Positions 19,363 through 30,100 of a stretch of 64,000 nt of DNA are shown here, in pieces. Source of the stretch: Chitinophagales bacterium (GTDB taxonomy: Bacteria; Bacteroidota; Bacteroidia; Chitinophagales; JADIYW01); NCBI GenBank assembly GCA_044227665.1, contig JBGAWK010000004.1:10901-74900 (forward strand). Direction: 5' to 3'. Made by a program: the position numbers and the translations under genes. The notes below the pieces were generated by a model that searched no databases, was not told where the DNA came from, and saw only the letters and a program-made list of their open reading frames with translations. Position 1 is the stretch's first letter. Every line of letters starts with the position of its first letter.

Positions 19363-20574
19363 ATGCAGGAATCGCTTACCAAGCTCAAAAAAGAGTATGC
19401 TTTGATGCCTAAGGAAGCAGTAGCAGAAATTCAGGATGCACGCAAATCTCTATTTATAGGTATCCCTAAAAATATTAATCCCGACGAACGTAGGATTTCG
19501 CTCACCCCTAATTCCGTGGCCACATTGGTAAGTCAGGGTCACAGAGTACTTATAGAACAAGATGCCGGTGCTGATGCCAATTTTGATAATGAATCTTATC
19601 TGAACGCAGGCGCAGAATTGTGTAGCGACAAGGCCTCGGTATATAGGGCCAATATCATCCTGAAAAGTGCCCCACTGATGGGCGAAGAATATGCGCAAAT
19701 ACATCCCCATCAGGTACTTATAGTGCCCCTACACCTGCCTACGCTATCAAAATCCGGGCTAAAAATCCTCATGGAGAAAAAAGTTACGGCACTAGCTTGG
19801 GAGTATATCAAAAACGAGTACCACTACTACCCTATCATGCATAGCATGAGCGAGATTGCTGGTGCTTATACCATCGTATTGTCTGCCAAGTATATGAGCA
19901 ATGAATATGGCAAGGGCATACTCATGGGCGGTATTTCGGGGCAGCCGCCCAGTAAGATACTAATTATAGGTGCTGGAACCGTAGGCGAAAATGCTGCCCG
20001 TGCCGCTATGGGTCTTGGTGCTCAAGTGCAAGTGTTTGACGATAACATTTACAGGCTGAGCAGGATACAAAGCCGCTTAGGCACCAGAATATATACTTCT
20101 GTATTAGACGCTCTGAACTTAAAGAAAAATATAGTGCGCGCTGATGTCGTAATCGGAGCTTTAGCACCACAGAATGGCACATGCCCCAAGGTAGTATCCG
20201 AAGACATGGTAAGAGGCATGAAAAAGGGTGCTATACTCATAGATGTGTCTATAGACCACGGCGGCTGCATAGAAACTTCTCATCCTACCACTCACGAGCA
20301 TCCCATATTTGTAAAACATGGTATCATCCATTACGCCGTACCCAATATTTCTTCTGCCGTTTCGCGTACTGCCTCTTATGCCATCAGCAATATCCTTACA
20401 CCCATACTCAAGAATACTTCAAAAATGGGCGGCATAGAGCAAAGTATAAAACTCAACGAAGGATTATGTCACGGTACATACCTATACAAAGGCCACCTCA
20501 CCAAAGACTTTATAGCAGAAAAGTTTAATCTGAGGCATACAGACTTAAATTTGGTACTAGCCGCAGATTTCTAA
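19363..20574 (+). CDS. Alanine dehydrogenase-like protein (AlaDh/PNT family)
   Basis: IGIPK..ERRISLTP, MSEIAG, GAGTVG, DVSIDHGGC, YAVPN. Confidence 0.8.
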   Translation: MQESLTKLKKEYALMPKEAVAEIQDARKSLFIGIPKNINPDERRISLTPNSVATLVSQGHRVLIEQDAGADANFDNESYLNAGAELCSDKASVYRANIILKSAPLMGEEYAQIHPHQVLIVPLHLPTLSKSGLKILMEKKVTALAWEYIKNEYHYYPIMHSMSEIAGAYTIVLSAKYMSNEYGKGILMGGISGQPPSKILIIGAGTVGENAARAAMGLGAQVQVFDDNIYRLSRIQSRLGTRIYTSVLDALNLKKNIVRADVVIGALAPQNGTCPKVVSEDMVRGMKKGAILIDVSIDHGGCIETSHPTTHEHPIFVKHGIIHYAVPNISSAVSRTASYAISNILTPILKNTSKMGGIEQSIKLNEGLCHGTYLYKGHLTKDFIAEKFNLRHTDLNLVLAADF

Positions 20575-20976
20575 ATGCATTTCGACAAGATTTTTGACCC
20601 TGTAAGAAAAAAATGGTTGGTGGCTACGCCAGAAGAACTTATCCGTCAGCATTGGATACAACATTTACATCTTGAAGGTGGCTATCCTTATTCTTTTTTA
20701 TCCATAGAAAAAAAAATCAATGTCAATAAACTGGAAAAACGCTACGATATTGTCGCCTACAATCACTTATCACAGCCCTATTTACTGATAGAATGTAAAT
20801 CCCAAAGTTCCAAAATTCATCAAAAATATTTTGAACAAGCAGCCATTTATAACATAGCAATAAAAGCCCCCTATTTAATGGTTACAAATGGCGTACAAAC
20901 CTTTATTGCACACATAGATTTTTCCTTAGGAAGTTATACCTTTATCCAAAATATTCCAAAATTTAAAGACGCATGA
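20575..20976 (+). CDS. Stand-alone HsdR N-terminal-like (PD-(D/E)xK) protein
   Basis: FDPVRKK..TPEE.IRQ, RYDI, IECK, QAAIYN, TNG. Confidence 0.85.
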   Translation: MHFDKIFDPVRKKWLVATPEELIRQHWIQHLHLEGGYPYSFLSIEKKINVNKLEKRYDIVAYNHLSQPYLLIECKSQSSKIHQKYFEQAAIYNIAIKAPYLMVTNGVQTFIAHIDFSLGSYTFIQNIPKFKDA

Positions 20977-21944
20977 GAACCATCCTACCCAAAGAATCGT
21001 ATCTACTCAAACACGGCAAAGTTCTACCCTTCGGTGTTTATGATGACATCATTGCGCACCCACAGACCTCCTTTTGGGACAAGTCAGCATTATTTTCATT
21101 AAAGCGTTTCTCCGAACGCAAGGCGTGGATATTTTTTGGCGTATATAGCCAAGACCTTTTTGCAGGCATAGCTATCGTAGATGCTGGTTTCGTATCCACA
21201 GCATTTACCTACTTTTATGTTCCTTCGCGTTCCCTATTTATTGAAGATAAGACTACCCTTCCAGCAGGATTTAATATTGCTTTCGACCCTAATATGAATA
21301 GCCATTGGAAGCTGGGATCTTATGACATTTCTACGCTTAATAATGTCATGCATTTTGCTTATAAAGGTAAGTTCAACCTTGCCCTACATGCACAGCTCAC
21401 CGATAATGGTCTTAGCACAATAGCACCGTCACAAGGACGACCTTTCAATTTCACCTACAAAAACTTGCCGCTGCCCGTAACGCTCGACATTGACTATAAA
21501 GGAGAAAGATTCCACATTCAAGGTGACTATGGAGCCATAGACTTTACAAAAGGCTACCCTCCGAAGTCCACAAAGTGGAATTGGGCATCAGCCATAGGCA
21601 CTACTGCCTCTGGAAAATCTATGGCCTTCAACCTCGTGAAGCACTTCAACGGCGAACTGGAGAACGCTCTATGGTGGGGCGACCAGAGAATATTGCTAGG
21701 AAATACTGAGTTCCTAGTCCCCAAAAAATTAGATGAAGACCCTTGGCAAGTAAGTACTACTGACAGCATCATCCAATCCACCTTTACACCCAATGGCGCA
21801 AGGAGTGAAAATCTTAATATCATAGCCATGAAAAGTATCTTCACACAACCCTTCGGCACCTTCAAAGGAATTGTAAACATGAACGGCATCACTGAGGAAT
21901 TCTCTGCGTATGGCGTATGTGAAGACCATATTGCAGTATGGTAA
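20973..21944 (+). CDS. DUF2804-like protein
   Basis: DFTKGY...KWNWA, ENALW, FTQPFGTF.G, GVCEDH..W motifs. Confidence 0.7.
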   Translation: MRTILPKESYLLKHGKVLPFGVYDDIIAHPQTSFWDKSALFSLKRFSERKAWIFFGVYSQDLFAGIAIVDAGFVSTAFTYFYVPSRSLFIEDKTTLPAGFNIAFDPNMNSHWKLGSYDISTLNNVMHFAYKGKFNLALHAQLTDNGLSTIAPSQGRPFNFTYKNLPLPVTLDIDYKGERFHIQGDYGAIDFTKGYPPKSTKWNWASAIGTTASGKSMAFNLVKHFNGELENALWWGDQRILLGNTEFLVPKKLDEDPWQVSTTDSIIQSTFTPNGARSENLNIIAMKSIFTQPFGTFKGIVNMNGITEEFSAYGVCEDHIAVW

Positions 21945-21951
21945 CAGCTAC

Positions 21952-22944
21952 ATGAAATTTCAGGAAATCATACATACCCTAAAGCATAATAGCTATGCAC
22001 CCATATATTTTCTATGTGGAGAAGAAACCTATTTTATAGATATTATTGAAAGACATATAGAAGACCACGCCTTAGACCCTAGCACTCGCGACTTCAATTT
22101 ATCTATATTTTATGGCAAAGATGCAGAGCCTTCCGAAATTATAAATACCTGTATGCGTCTGCCAAACTTCGCCGAAAGGCAACTTGTAATCGTCCGAGAA
22201 GCACAGCAGTTGAAGTCTTTTGAGTTATTAGAAAAATATATTGACAGGCCTGTAAGCTCTACAATTTTGGTATTGAGCCACAAGTATAAAACACCTGATA
22301 AGAGAACAGCCTTCGGAAAAAATATACAGAAGAAATCCGTTTACTTTGAAGCAGAAAAGTTCAAAGATAGTGAGCTACCCTCTTGGATAATGGACACATG
22401 TAGGCAACTAAATATGAAAATTATTCCGGCACACGCCCTACTCATCAGCGAATACTTAGGCAATGACCTTTCGCGTATCTACAATGAGCTGCAAAAATTG
22501 CGACTGGTAGCCGAAAATGCCACTATTACAGAGCAGCAGATAGAGCAGCAGATAGGCATCTCCCGAGAATATAACTCTTTTGAGCTTACTAAAGCTTTTG
22601 AGACGGGCAACAGGGCAAAGGCTTTGTTGATAATAAATTATTTCAGTAAAAATCCTAAAGCCGGCCCCATACAGATGGTGCTGGCAACGTTGTATAACTA
22701 TTTCAGCAGGCTTTTTTGTGTAGAAAAGATGGCAGGAATGAATGATGGAGAAATAGCCTCTGCCGCAGGAATACCCCCTTTTGCGGTAAAAAATTATCGC
22801 AGCGCATTGAACATGTATGATGCAGCAAGGATACGCAATGCCCTACATCTAATAGCCCTATATGATAGAAAATCAAAAGGCATAGAGAGTGCCGCCGATG
22901 ATGCAGCACTGATGCAGGAGTTGGTATTTAAAATTATGCAATAA
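21952..22944 (+). CDS. holA: DNA polymerase III delta subunit
   Basis: PIYFLCGEE.YFID, FN....YGKD, LGNDL...NELQKL, GISREYNSFEL. Confidence 0.92.
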   Translation: MKFQEIIHTLKHNSYAPIYFLCGEETYFIDIIERHIEDHALDPSTRDFNLSIFYGKDAEPSEIINTCMRLPNFAERQLVIVREAQQLKSFELLEKYIDRPVSSTILVLSHKYKTPDKRTAFGKNIQKKSVYFEAEKFKDSELPSWIMDTCRQLNMKIIPAHALLISEYLGNDLSRIYNELQKLRLVAENATITEQQIEQQIGISREYNSFELTKAFETGNRAKALLIINYFSKNPKAGPIQMVLATLYNYFSRLFCVEKMAGMNDGEIASAAGIPPFAVKNYRSALNMYDAARIRNALHLIALYDRKSKGIESAADDAALMQELVFKIMQ

Positions 22945-22981
22945 TTTTAAACTAAGCTATTCCAAAGTCACAGATTTTTCC

Positions 22982-22989
22982 TACCTTTG
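22982..22989 (+). promoter_or_regulatory. -7 promoter element (TACCTTTG) of tRNA-His
   Basis: TAnnTTTG 12 nt upstream of the tRNA. Confidence 0.65.
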
Positions 22990-23001
22990 CCTTCTCAAAA
23001 C

Positions 23002-23076
23002 GGAGTTGGTAGCTCAGTAGGTCAGAGCATCGGATTGTGGTTCCGAGGGTCGTGGGTTCGAGCCCCATCCTTCTCC
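23002..23076 (+). tRNA. tRNA-His(GTG)
   Basis: Anticodon arm TCGGA-TTGTGGT-TCCGA; T-arm GTGGG-TTCGAGC-CCCAT; G-1:C73 identity pair; CCA not encoded. Confidence 0.93.
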
Positions 23077-23112
23077 CTAGAATTGGCACAATACAATGCC
23101 AAAATATATTTC

Positions 23113-23150
23113 AAAAGTCATCTCTTTACCTTCGAGATGACTTTTTTATT
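23113..23150 (+). terminator. Intrinsic terminator after tRNA-His (possibly bidirectional with kup)
   Basis: AAAAGTCATCTC-N9-GAGATGACTTTT followed by TTATTT. Confidence 0.8.
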
Positions 23151-23249
23151 TTTAATAAATACTATTCTCAAAAATGGTTGATGAAATTTACTATCGCAGA
23201 AACTATATCCTATAATATAGAATATATATATATATATTGGTATGATACG

Positions 23250-25199
23250 TTATCGCTTTGTAGCCACCCTTTCTAGGTTAATATTTGTCTTCTGTTTCAC
23301 GTAGATAGGAACTGTCTCTATTTCCACGTTGGCGCGCTCCAAGCCGAAGTCTTCTACCGTAGAAAGACTCAACTTCTTGATGACACTATAGCTCTTGGTC
23401 AAGAATTGCTCTATACCGGTAAGATTATTATCTATAGACACATGCGAGTTCATGATAATAAACTTGAAGTCGGCAGGCATATCATGTTTGCGTAGTGACG
23501 GATATTGACTTAGTGGGTCTATTTCACCTTGCTCCACCATTTCCTCTACAATTTTACTGAACATTGTATTGACCTTATGTTCTACTTTAAAGCCAAACTT
23601 AAGTTTGATAAAAAATACATGCTTAGGTATGATGGTATTAACCATGTATGTAGCACCATAAGGATCATTCGTAATATCTACGTGGATAAACCAATATACA
23701 TCTGCTCGTTTTGGTCGCTTGCGAAGGATGGAATAAATGATATTGGAATCTATGTGGTGCTGATCATTAGCCATACACAGATATACAAGATTTGTAGATT
23801 CCTTGGGGATGGTTGTATCCTGCTGTAAGTCGCGAATTACAGCTATATAATCTTTAATCTCGGCAAATTCCACATGCTTATTTCTCAATTTACGAGCATA
23901 ATAGAAGATAATCATGAATACAAAAATGAATATGGATATCATAACTGTAAACCAGCCTCCATGCATTAATTTATCAAGGTTTGAAAGGAAAAATGCTCCT
24001 TCTACCATCACAAAGAATATAGTAAACATTGTAATAATTAATATTGATTTTCTCCTTGTAATAAATAAATAAGTGAGTAATGATGTAGTCATAAGCATAT
24101 TTAGCGTAATTGCCAGACCATAAGCTGCTTCCATTTTTCCGGATTCTTTGAAAATGATTTGCACTAATAAACACCCCCCTAATAACAACCAATTTATGGC
24201 AGGAATATATATCTGCCCTTGGCTTTCTGAAGGATAAAGCACCTTGAAATTAGGCAAAAGTTTAAGTTTTACAGCTTCATTTACCAAGGTAAATACACCA
24301 CTTATCAAGGCTTGACTGGCAATAATTGTAGCTGCTGTGGCTACAAAAATTCCGTACGGCAAGAACCATTCCGGCATCAAGGCATAAAATACTTTATTTT
24401 CGCCCCACTTTTGTCCTTCAAATTGTATTAGGTATGCTGCCTGTCCAAAATAACAGAGCAACAACATTACTTTCACAAACCCCCAACTCACTCTAATATT
24501 CTGTTTGCCACAGTGTCCCAAATCTGAATACAGAGCCTCTCCTCCCGTAGTGCATAAGAATACGGCTCCTAAGAATAGGAATCCCCCTTTTGTACCAAAT
24601 ATGAGATTAATCATATATTTGGGATGGAGTGCATTGATTACCTCAGGATGCTCAATAATTTGTATAGTACCCAGAATACCTATCATGCAAAACCATATAA
24701 ACATGATAGGGCCGAAAGCAGAACCCACTACTTTTGTCCCAAATTGCTGGAATAGAAATATTATGATGATTATGGGTATTACGATATTCATAGTTTCAAT
24801 ATTGGGATTGAGTAATTGCAGTCCTTCTATAGCAGAGGAAATAGATATAGGAGGCGTGATAAAACCGTCAGCAATCAGGGTTGCGCAGCCTATGAGGGCA
24901 GGAAAAAGTACCCATTTTGCTTTATATCGGCGTACAAGAGCATAGAGTGCAAAAATTCCACCTTCACCCCTGTTATCATTATTCAGGGCGAGATACACAT
25001 ATTTTATGGTAGTAATAAAAAGCAAAGTCCAGAATACCGAAGAAACACCTCCATAGATCAATTCCTTAGTAATCACATGATTGTGTATAATAGCAGTCAT
25101 CACATATATAGGAGATGTACCTATATCACCGAAGATGATGCCCATAGTAATAAAAACACCTGCTAAAGTAAGTTTGTGTGTAGAAGAATGTCTGGACAT
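23250..25199 (-). CDS. kup: KUP/HAK/KT potassium transporter
   Basis: FGDIGTSPIY, GEGGIFALY, GEALYSDLGH, QIYIP, AAYG. Confidence 0.95.
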   Translation of the reverse strand: MSRHSSTHKLTLAGVFITMGIIFGDIGTSPIYVMTAIIHNHVITKELIYGGVSSVFWTLLFITTIKYVYLALNNDNRGEGGIFALYALVRRYKAKWVLFPALIGCATLIADGFITPPISISSAIEGLQLLNPNIETMNIVIPIIIIIFLFQQFGTKVVGSAFGPIMFIWFCMIGILGTIQIIEHPEVINALHPKYMINLIFGTKGGFLFLGAVFLCTTGGEALYSDLGHCGKQNIRVSWGFVKVMLLLCYFGQAAYLIQFEGQKWGENKVFYALMPEWFLPYGIFVATAATIIASQALISGVFTLVNEAVKLKLLPNFKVLYPSESQGQIYIPAINWLLLGGCLLVQIIFKESGKMEAAYGLAITLNMLMTTSLLTYLFITRRKSILIITMFTIFFVMVEGAFFLSNLDKLMHGGWFTVMISIFIFVFMIIFYYARKLRNKHVEFAEIKDYIAVIRDLQQDTTIPKESTNLVYLCMANDQHHIDSNIIYSILRKRPKRADVYWFIHVDITNDPYGATYMVNTIIPKHVFFIKLKFGFKVEHKVNTMFSKIVEEMVEQGEIDPLSQYPSLRKHDMPADFKFIIMNSHVSIDNNLTGIEQFLTKSYSVIKKLSLSTVEDFGLERANVEIETVPIYVKQKTNINLERVATKR

Positions 25200-25261
25200 A
25201 TAATATTTGTCAAATTATAGGATTGGTATGATATTTATGCAATATTAAAGCAAATATACAC

Positions 25262-25834
25262 GTGATTAAAATAATGAAGACTATTTTTGAAATATTTGTC
25301 CTGGAGTTAAAATATATTATTTTTTATATATTATTTCTATATTTTCCCTTGTCAGTTGTGGCACAAAAAGGAATAGTTTGGAATGAAAACGCTCCTTTGG
25401 AATGGGAAGATTATAAAGGAAAAGTCCCTATATCTAATATGGCAGCGACTACTGCATGTCAAATAAAATTAGATATAAGCTGTGATGATGATATATTCAC
25501 CTATACAATTACCGCCGTGATGATGCCTGAAAAGTCTTGGGTTAAGAAAAATTTGGCAGATGATAACTTACTGGAACATGAACGTTTACATTTCGATATT
25601 TCTGAACTTTATGCCCGCAAAATCAGAGCAGCATTTGCCAATATACATACAGATTGCCATCATTTTGATATTTACGACAAAATCATACATAAAATGGTAA
25701 AAGAAATGGAGGCAGTACAGCAACGGTATGACAAAGATACGAATCATGGCACTATCTATAGCCCACATGAGGTGTGGCGCAACAAGATAGCCCTAGAATT
25801 AGATGCACTGAAGGATTATGCCAGCACGCACTAG
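25262..25834 (+). CDS. DUF922-like putative secreted Zn-dependent protease
   Basis: LEWEDYKG, SW, LLEHERLHFDISE (HExxH), YD.DTNHG; start uncertain. Confidence 0.75.
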   Translation: MIKIMKTIFEIFVLELKYIIFYILFLYFPLSVVAQKGIVWNENAPLEWEDYKGKVPISNMAATTACQIKLDISCDDDIFTYTITAVMMPEKSWVKKNLADDNLLEHERLHFDISELYARKIRAAFANIHTDCHHFDIYDKIIHKMVKEMEAVQQRYDKDTNHGTIYSPHEVWRNKIALELDALKDYASTH

Positions 25835-26289
25835 ACTACTTCCAGCTGATATTCAAGGTAAGAATCCACTATGGACTGCGCGTAATCTTTGTCAAAATAT
25901 ATTTTATAACCAAATTTGGCAAAAACAGGATACCTGCCGTCAAGATTGTCCTTGTCCAAAAAGTTGTAACCACTAAGGTACAACTCTGTATCTTTGACTT
26001 TAATCTTATATACGAGGCGGTGTTCCCCTCTCTCCAATAGAGCCATTATCTCTTCTTTGGTACAGGCTATATCTTTAGTAAGCTTAATTTGCCCTATATT
26101 TTCTCCATTAAAAGGCTTGTCCGTAAATACTAGATAGAAATTTTTTACATAACAACAAAGGCAATATAAATCTTTGTATATAATTGCTGGAGTATTGATA
26201 TCACCTATCAGCCGAACCGGCATATCAAAATGTTTAAATAACTCTACTACTCTCTGATTTCTCCTGATGATGTCTTGTTCTGTTACCAT
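25831..26289 (-). CDS. Hypothetical protein
   Basis: 152-aa ORF co-oriented with dnaE and the TPR gene; no motif recognised. Confidence 0.65.
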   Translation of the reverse strand: MVTEQDIIRRNQRVVELFKHFDMPVRLIGDINTPAIIYKDLYCLCCYVKNFYLVFTDKPFNGENIGQIKLTKDIACTKEEIMALLERGEHRLVYKIKVKDTELYLSGYNFLDKDNLDGRYPVFAKFGYKIYFDKDYAQSIVDSYLEYQLEVV

Positions 26290-26323
26290 TCTTTACTAAA
26301 TAATCTATATATATAATAATTGT

Positions 26324-27139
26324 TCAATATCTAAAACAAAAATTTTTCATTTCTTGTTTAGCTTCTTCCAAACCTATTGATGAAGCTTTCTGCAAATCCA
26401 TACATGCGGAGGACATCTGATTGAGGTTTTTTTTACATAGAGCCCTAAAGTAATAGGCCAAGGCATTTTCCTGTTCTTTCACGATAACACTATTAAAATC
26501 ATTAAGAGCCGCCTCATAGTTTCCTAGATGGTAATTGGAGACAGCCCGACCATAATAGGCTTTGATATATGCTGGCTTCATCATAATGGCCAAATCATAA
26601 TCTTCTTTCGCACTCTGATACTCTTTGAGTTGCATCTTAGCAGCAGCTCTACCTTCGTACGCCTGAAATATTGTATTATTCATGGCTATTACATTGGAGT
26701 AATCTACGGTAGCACCGAGGAAGTCTCCTTTGGCAAACTTACAGAAGGCTATGCAGTAGCTGGTACGCCAGTCAGATGGAGAAATATTGTGTGCCTTATT
26801 GGCATTAGCAAGAGCCTCATCATAATGCATTTCTTCCAGTAATATCCATGCTTTGAGCATATATCCATCCACATTTGAGGCATCTTCCTTGAGGCATTTA
26901 TCCACCAATTTTAAAGCTGCTTTCAGATTGCCATCTTGGTATGCACGGTTGGCATCTACAAAATATTTGATGGTATTATTATCCTCCAAAAGTTTTATGG
27001 GGGCGAGGAATTCAAAACCTTCGCCATAAGAGAAGGTATCCGTGCGGCTTATCAATACATCCGGCTGTGCGCATAGATTCCCTATAGAAATAAAAAATAA
27101 AAACGAAACTATGAAATGCACATACATGCCTATTGCCAA
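26324..27139 (-). CDS. Secreted tetratricopeptide repeat protein
   Basis: Signal peptide; repeated AY..R/A..DY/ACMDLQKA TPR pattern. Confidence 0.85.
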   Translation of the reverse strand: MAIGMYVHFIVSFLFFISIGNLCAQPDVLISRTDTFSYGEGFEFLAPIKLLEDNNTIKYFVDANRAYQDGNLKAALKLVDKCLKEDASNVDGYMLKAWILLEEMHYDEALANANKAHNISPSDWRTSYCIAFCKFAKGDFLGATVDYSNVIAMNNTIFQAYEGRAAAKMQLKEYQSAKEDYDLAIMMKPAYIKAYYGRAVSNYHLGNYEAALNDFNSVIVKEQENALAYYFRALCKKNLNQMSSACMDLQKASSIGLEEAKQEMKNFCFRY

Positions 27140-27158
27140 ACTAAATTCGGATTCAAAG

Positions 27159-30100
27159 TTAGATTATTTTTACTTTACAAGGTAAAAATTTAGATAAATT
27201 AAGGATAAAGGTCTCCGAAATTTCTACCATATATGACTTTGAATGAAATTGTAGCTTTTCATTATTCTCATCTATAAGGTATAGATAAAATATTTTTTTA
27301 CCCTTATTTTTTTTCAAAAGCTTAAATAAAATATCTATAAACTCATCATTCACATCCGTATATAATGCCGCCACTACCATGCCCTTAGCTTTCAATTCCA
27401 AGACATCTTGTAAGTATTGTATATTGGAAATCTTGAACTCATACCTTTCATTATCATTATAGTATGGTCTCAAGAATCCTTGAAATAGGAGTCTGTTTCC
27501 TATTTCAAAATAGGACATAAACTTATTGTAATCCTCGCTAAAGAACCTTAATTCCATATCTCCTTCCAAATCTTCTATTTTCACTATGGCAAAATACCTT
27601 CCTTTGCTATCCATCTTTTTCTGCACATCAGTGATGAGTGCCGCTACCGCAATGCTATTGCGGTTTTTGAAATCCATAATATTACTCAATGTAGCCTGCG
27701 CATACATGCTAATAGTGATATCAAACTCATCCAAAGGGTGTCCTGTAAGATAGATACCCATCACTTCCTTCTCCTTCTGAAGACGTGTGAAGTCATCATA
27801 TTTATTAGCATGGGGAACATCCGGCGGAATAATCATATCATCTGAATTACCCCCAAACAATGAAATAGTACTTGACTCTTTCTGTTGCTTATATTGATTG
27901 CCGAAACGTATGAGTCTATCTACATAGCTACCACCATCCTTATTTTCTACAAAATATTGTGCTCTATGGATATTGGCAAAACTGTCGAAAGCCCCGGCTT
28001 GCGCAAGCATCTCTATATTTTTTTTATTTACGGCTCGAAGATTTACCCTTTTGACGAAGTCGAATACGTCTTCAAAGCTTCCATTTGCCTCTCGTTCTGA
28101 TATTATTCCAGAGACTGCTGCCTCTCCTACCCCTTTTATTGCTGACAGGGCATAGCGAATTTCGCCTTTCTTGTTGACAGCAAATTTTATATCACTCTCA
28201 TTGATATCGGGTCCCAAGATAGCTATATTCATGCGGCGACATTCATTCATAAAGAAGTATATATCCTTTACGTTGTTCATATTATGCGACAATACTGCCG
28301 CCATGAACTCTGCCGGATAGTGCGCCTTGAGATATGCAGTATGGAAAGCAATATAGGCATAGCATGTAGAGTGCGACTTATTGAAAGCATAAGATGCAAA
28401 TGCTTCCCAGTCTGTCCATACTTTTTCTAGTACTTGTACATCCAATCCTCTCTGTTGTGCTCCTTCCATAAATTGTGGCTTCAGCGAGTCCAGTTTCACT
28501 TTGTCTTTCTTGCCCATAGCCTTGCGGAGGTCATCGGCACGGGCCTTAGAAAATCCTCCCAATTTTTGGGACAGCAACATCACTTGCTCCTGATATACTG
28601 TAATCCCATAGGTATCCTTCAGATACTCTTCCATCTCTGGAAGGTCATAGTGTACAGTCTCCTTACCATGCTTGCGCTTTATATAGTTTGGAATATATTC
28701 CATAGGTCCTGGCCTGAAAAGGGCATTCATGGCGATGAGGTCTTCAAAGCAGTCCGGCTTCAAATCTTTGAGATGCTTTTGCATACCTTCGCTTTCAAAC
28801 TGGAAAGTGCCTATAGTTTCTCCTCTCTGGTATAATTCGTAGGTTTTGCTGTCATCCAGAGGAATCTCGTCTAGGTCTAATTTTGTGCCATAATTTTTCT
28901 CTATCAATTGTACAGCAAAGTTTAAGATAGTAAGTGTTTTCAGCCCTAGAAAGTCCATCTTCAACATTCCAGCACTTTCTATATACTTACCATCAAACTG
29001 TGTGACAAGTAAGTCCGAGTCTTTGGCTTTGCATACTGGAACAAAATTCTTTATGTCTCCAGGTGCTATAATTACGCCGGCGGCATGTATGCCTCTATTG
29101 CGTATAGAGCCTTCAAGCTCTTCTGCGAGCTGTAGGGTCTGCCCTCGCAATGTGGTATCATTCTCTCTAATATCTTTGAGTTCCGGTACATCACTATAAG
29201 CAGTCTTTAGGGTAATCTTGGGCACTTCCGGCACTAATTTCGCCAACTTGTCAGACTCTGAAAGTGGCAATTTAAGCACTCTGGCTACATCTCTTATAGC
29301 ACTCTTTGCTGCCATGGTGCCATAAGTGATAATTTGTGCTACCTGACTTTGTCCATACTTATGGATGACATAGTCTATAACCTTCTGCCTGCCTACATCA
29401 TCAAAGTCTATATCCATATCAGGCATAGATACTCTTTCGGGATTAAGAAAGCGCTCAAAGAGGAGATTATACTTTATAGGATCTACATTGGTAATTCCTA
29501 TGGCATAGGCTACCGCAGAGCCTGAGGCAGATCCTCTCCCAGGACCTACAGCTACCCCTAATCGCTTGGCTTCACCTATAAAGTCCTGAACTATAAGGAA
29601 ATACCCCGGAAACTTCATGTCTCGTATTACTGAAAGTTCAAAATCCAACCGCTCCTTTATAGAAATAGGTATGAGGTCTCCCCACCTTCTCTTTGCGCCA
29701 TCATAAGTGAGAAACTCCAGATAATCATCTTGTGTGGCGAAAGATTCCGGTATAGTATATGCGGGCAGCAATACATCTCGTTCCAAGGAAAGATGCTGTA
29801 CCTTCTCCGCTATTTCTAATGTATTTTCTATAGCCTCTGGTATATCTTTGAAGAGTTCCTTCATCTCTTCCTGAGTTTTGAAGAAGAACTGGTCGTTGGC
29901 AAATTTAAATCTGTCGGGGTCGCTGATGTCTTTGCCAGTTTGCAGACACAACAATATATCATGGGCTTTGGCATCAGCCAAATTCACATAATGTGAGTCA
30001 TTGGTAGCAATGATTTTTATATCATTCTTACGCGCCAGCTTTACCAATACTTGATTTACAGCTTCTTGACTCCATCCTGTACCATCTATATCTTCGATAT

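Noticed and set aside
20575-20976. Type I restriction-modification system
   Set aside because: Only a 133-aa HsdR N-terminal-like domain; no hsdM, hsdS or helicase nearby
23077-23250. Integrated element at tRNA-His
   Set aside because: No integrase and no duplicated tRNA 3' end seen; a terminator and kup follow directly
22987-23276. Short ORFs 22987..23181 and 23037..23276
   Set aside because: They overlap the tRNA-His gene and its terminator; spurious
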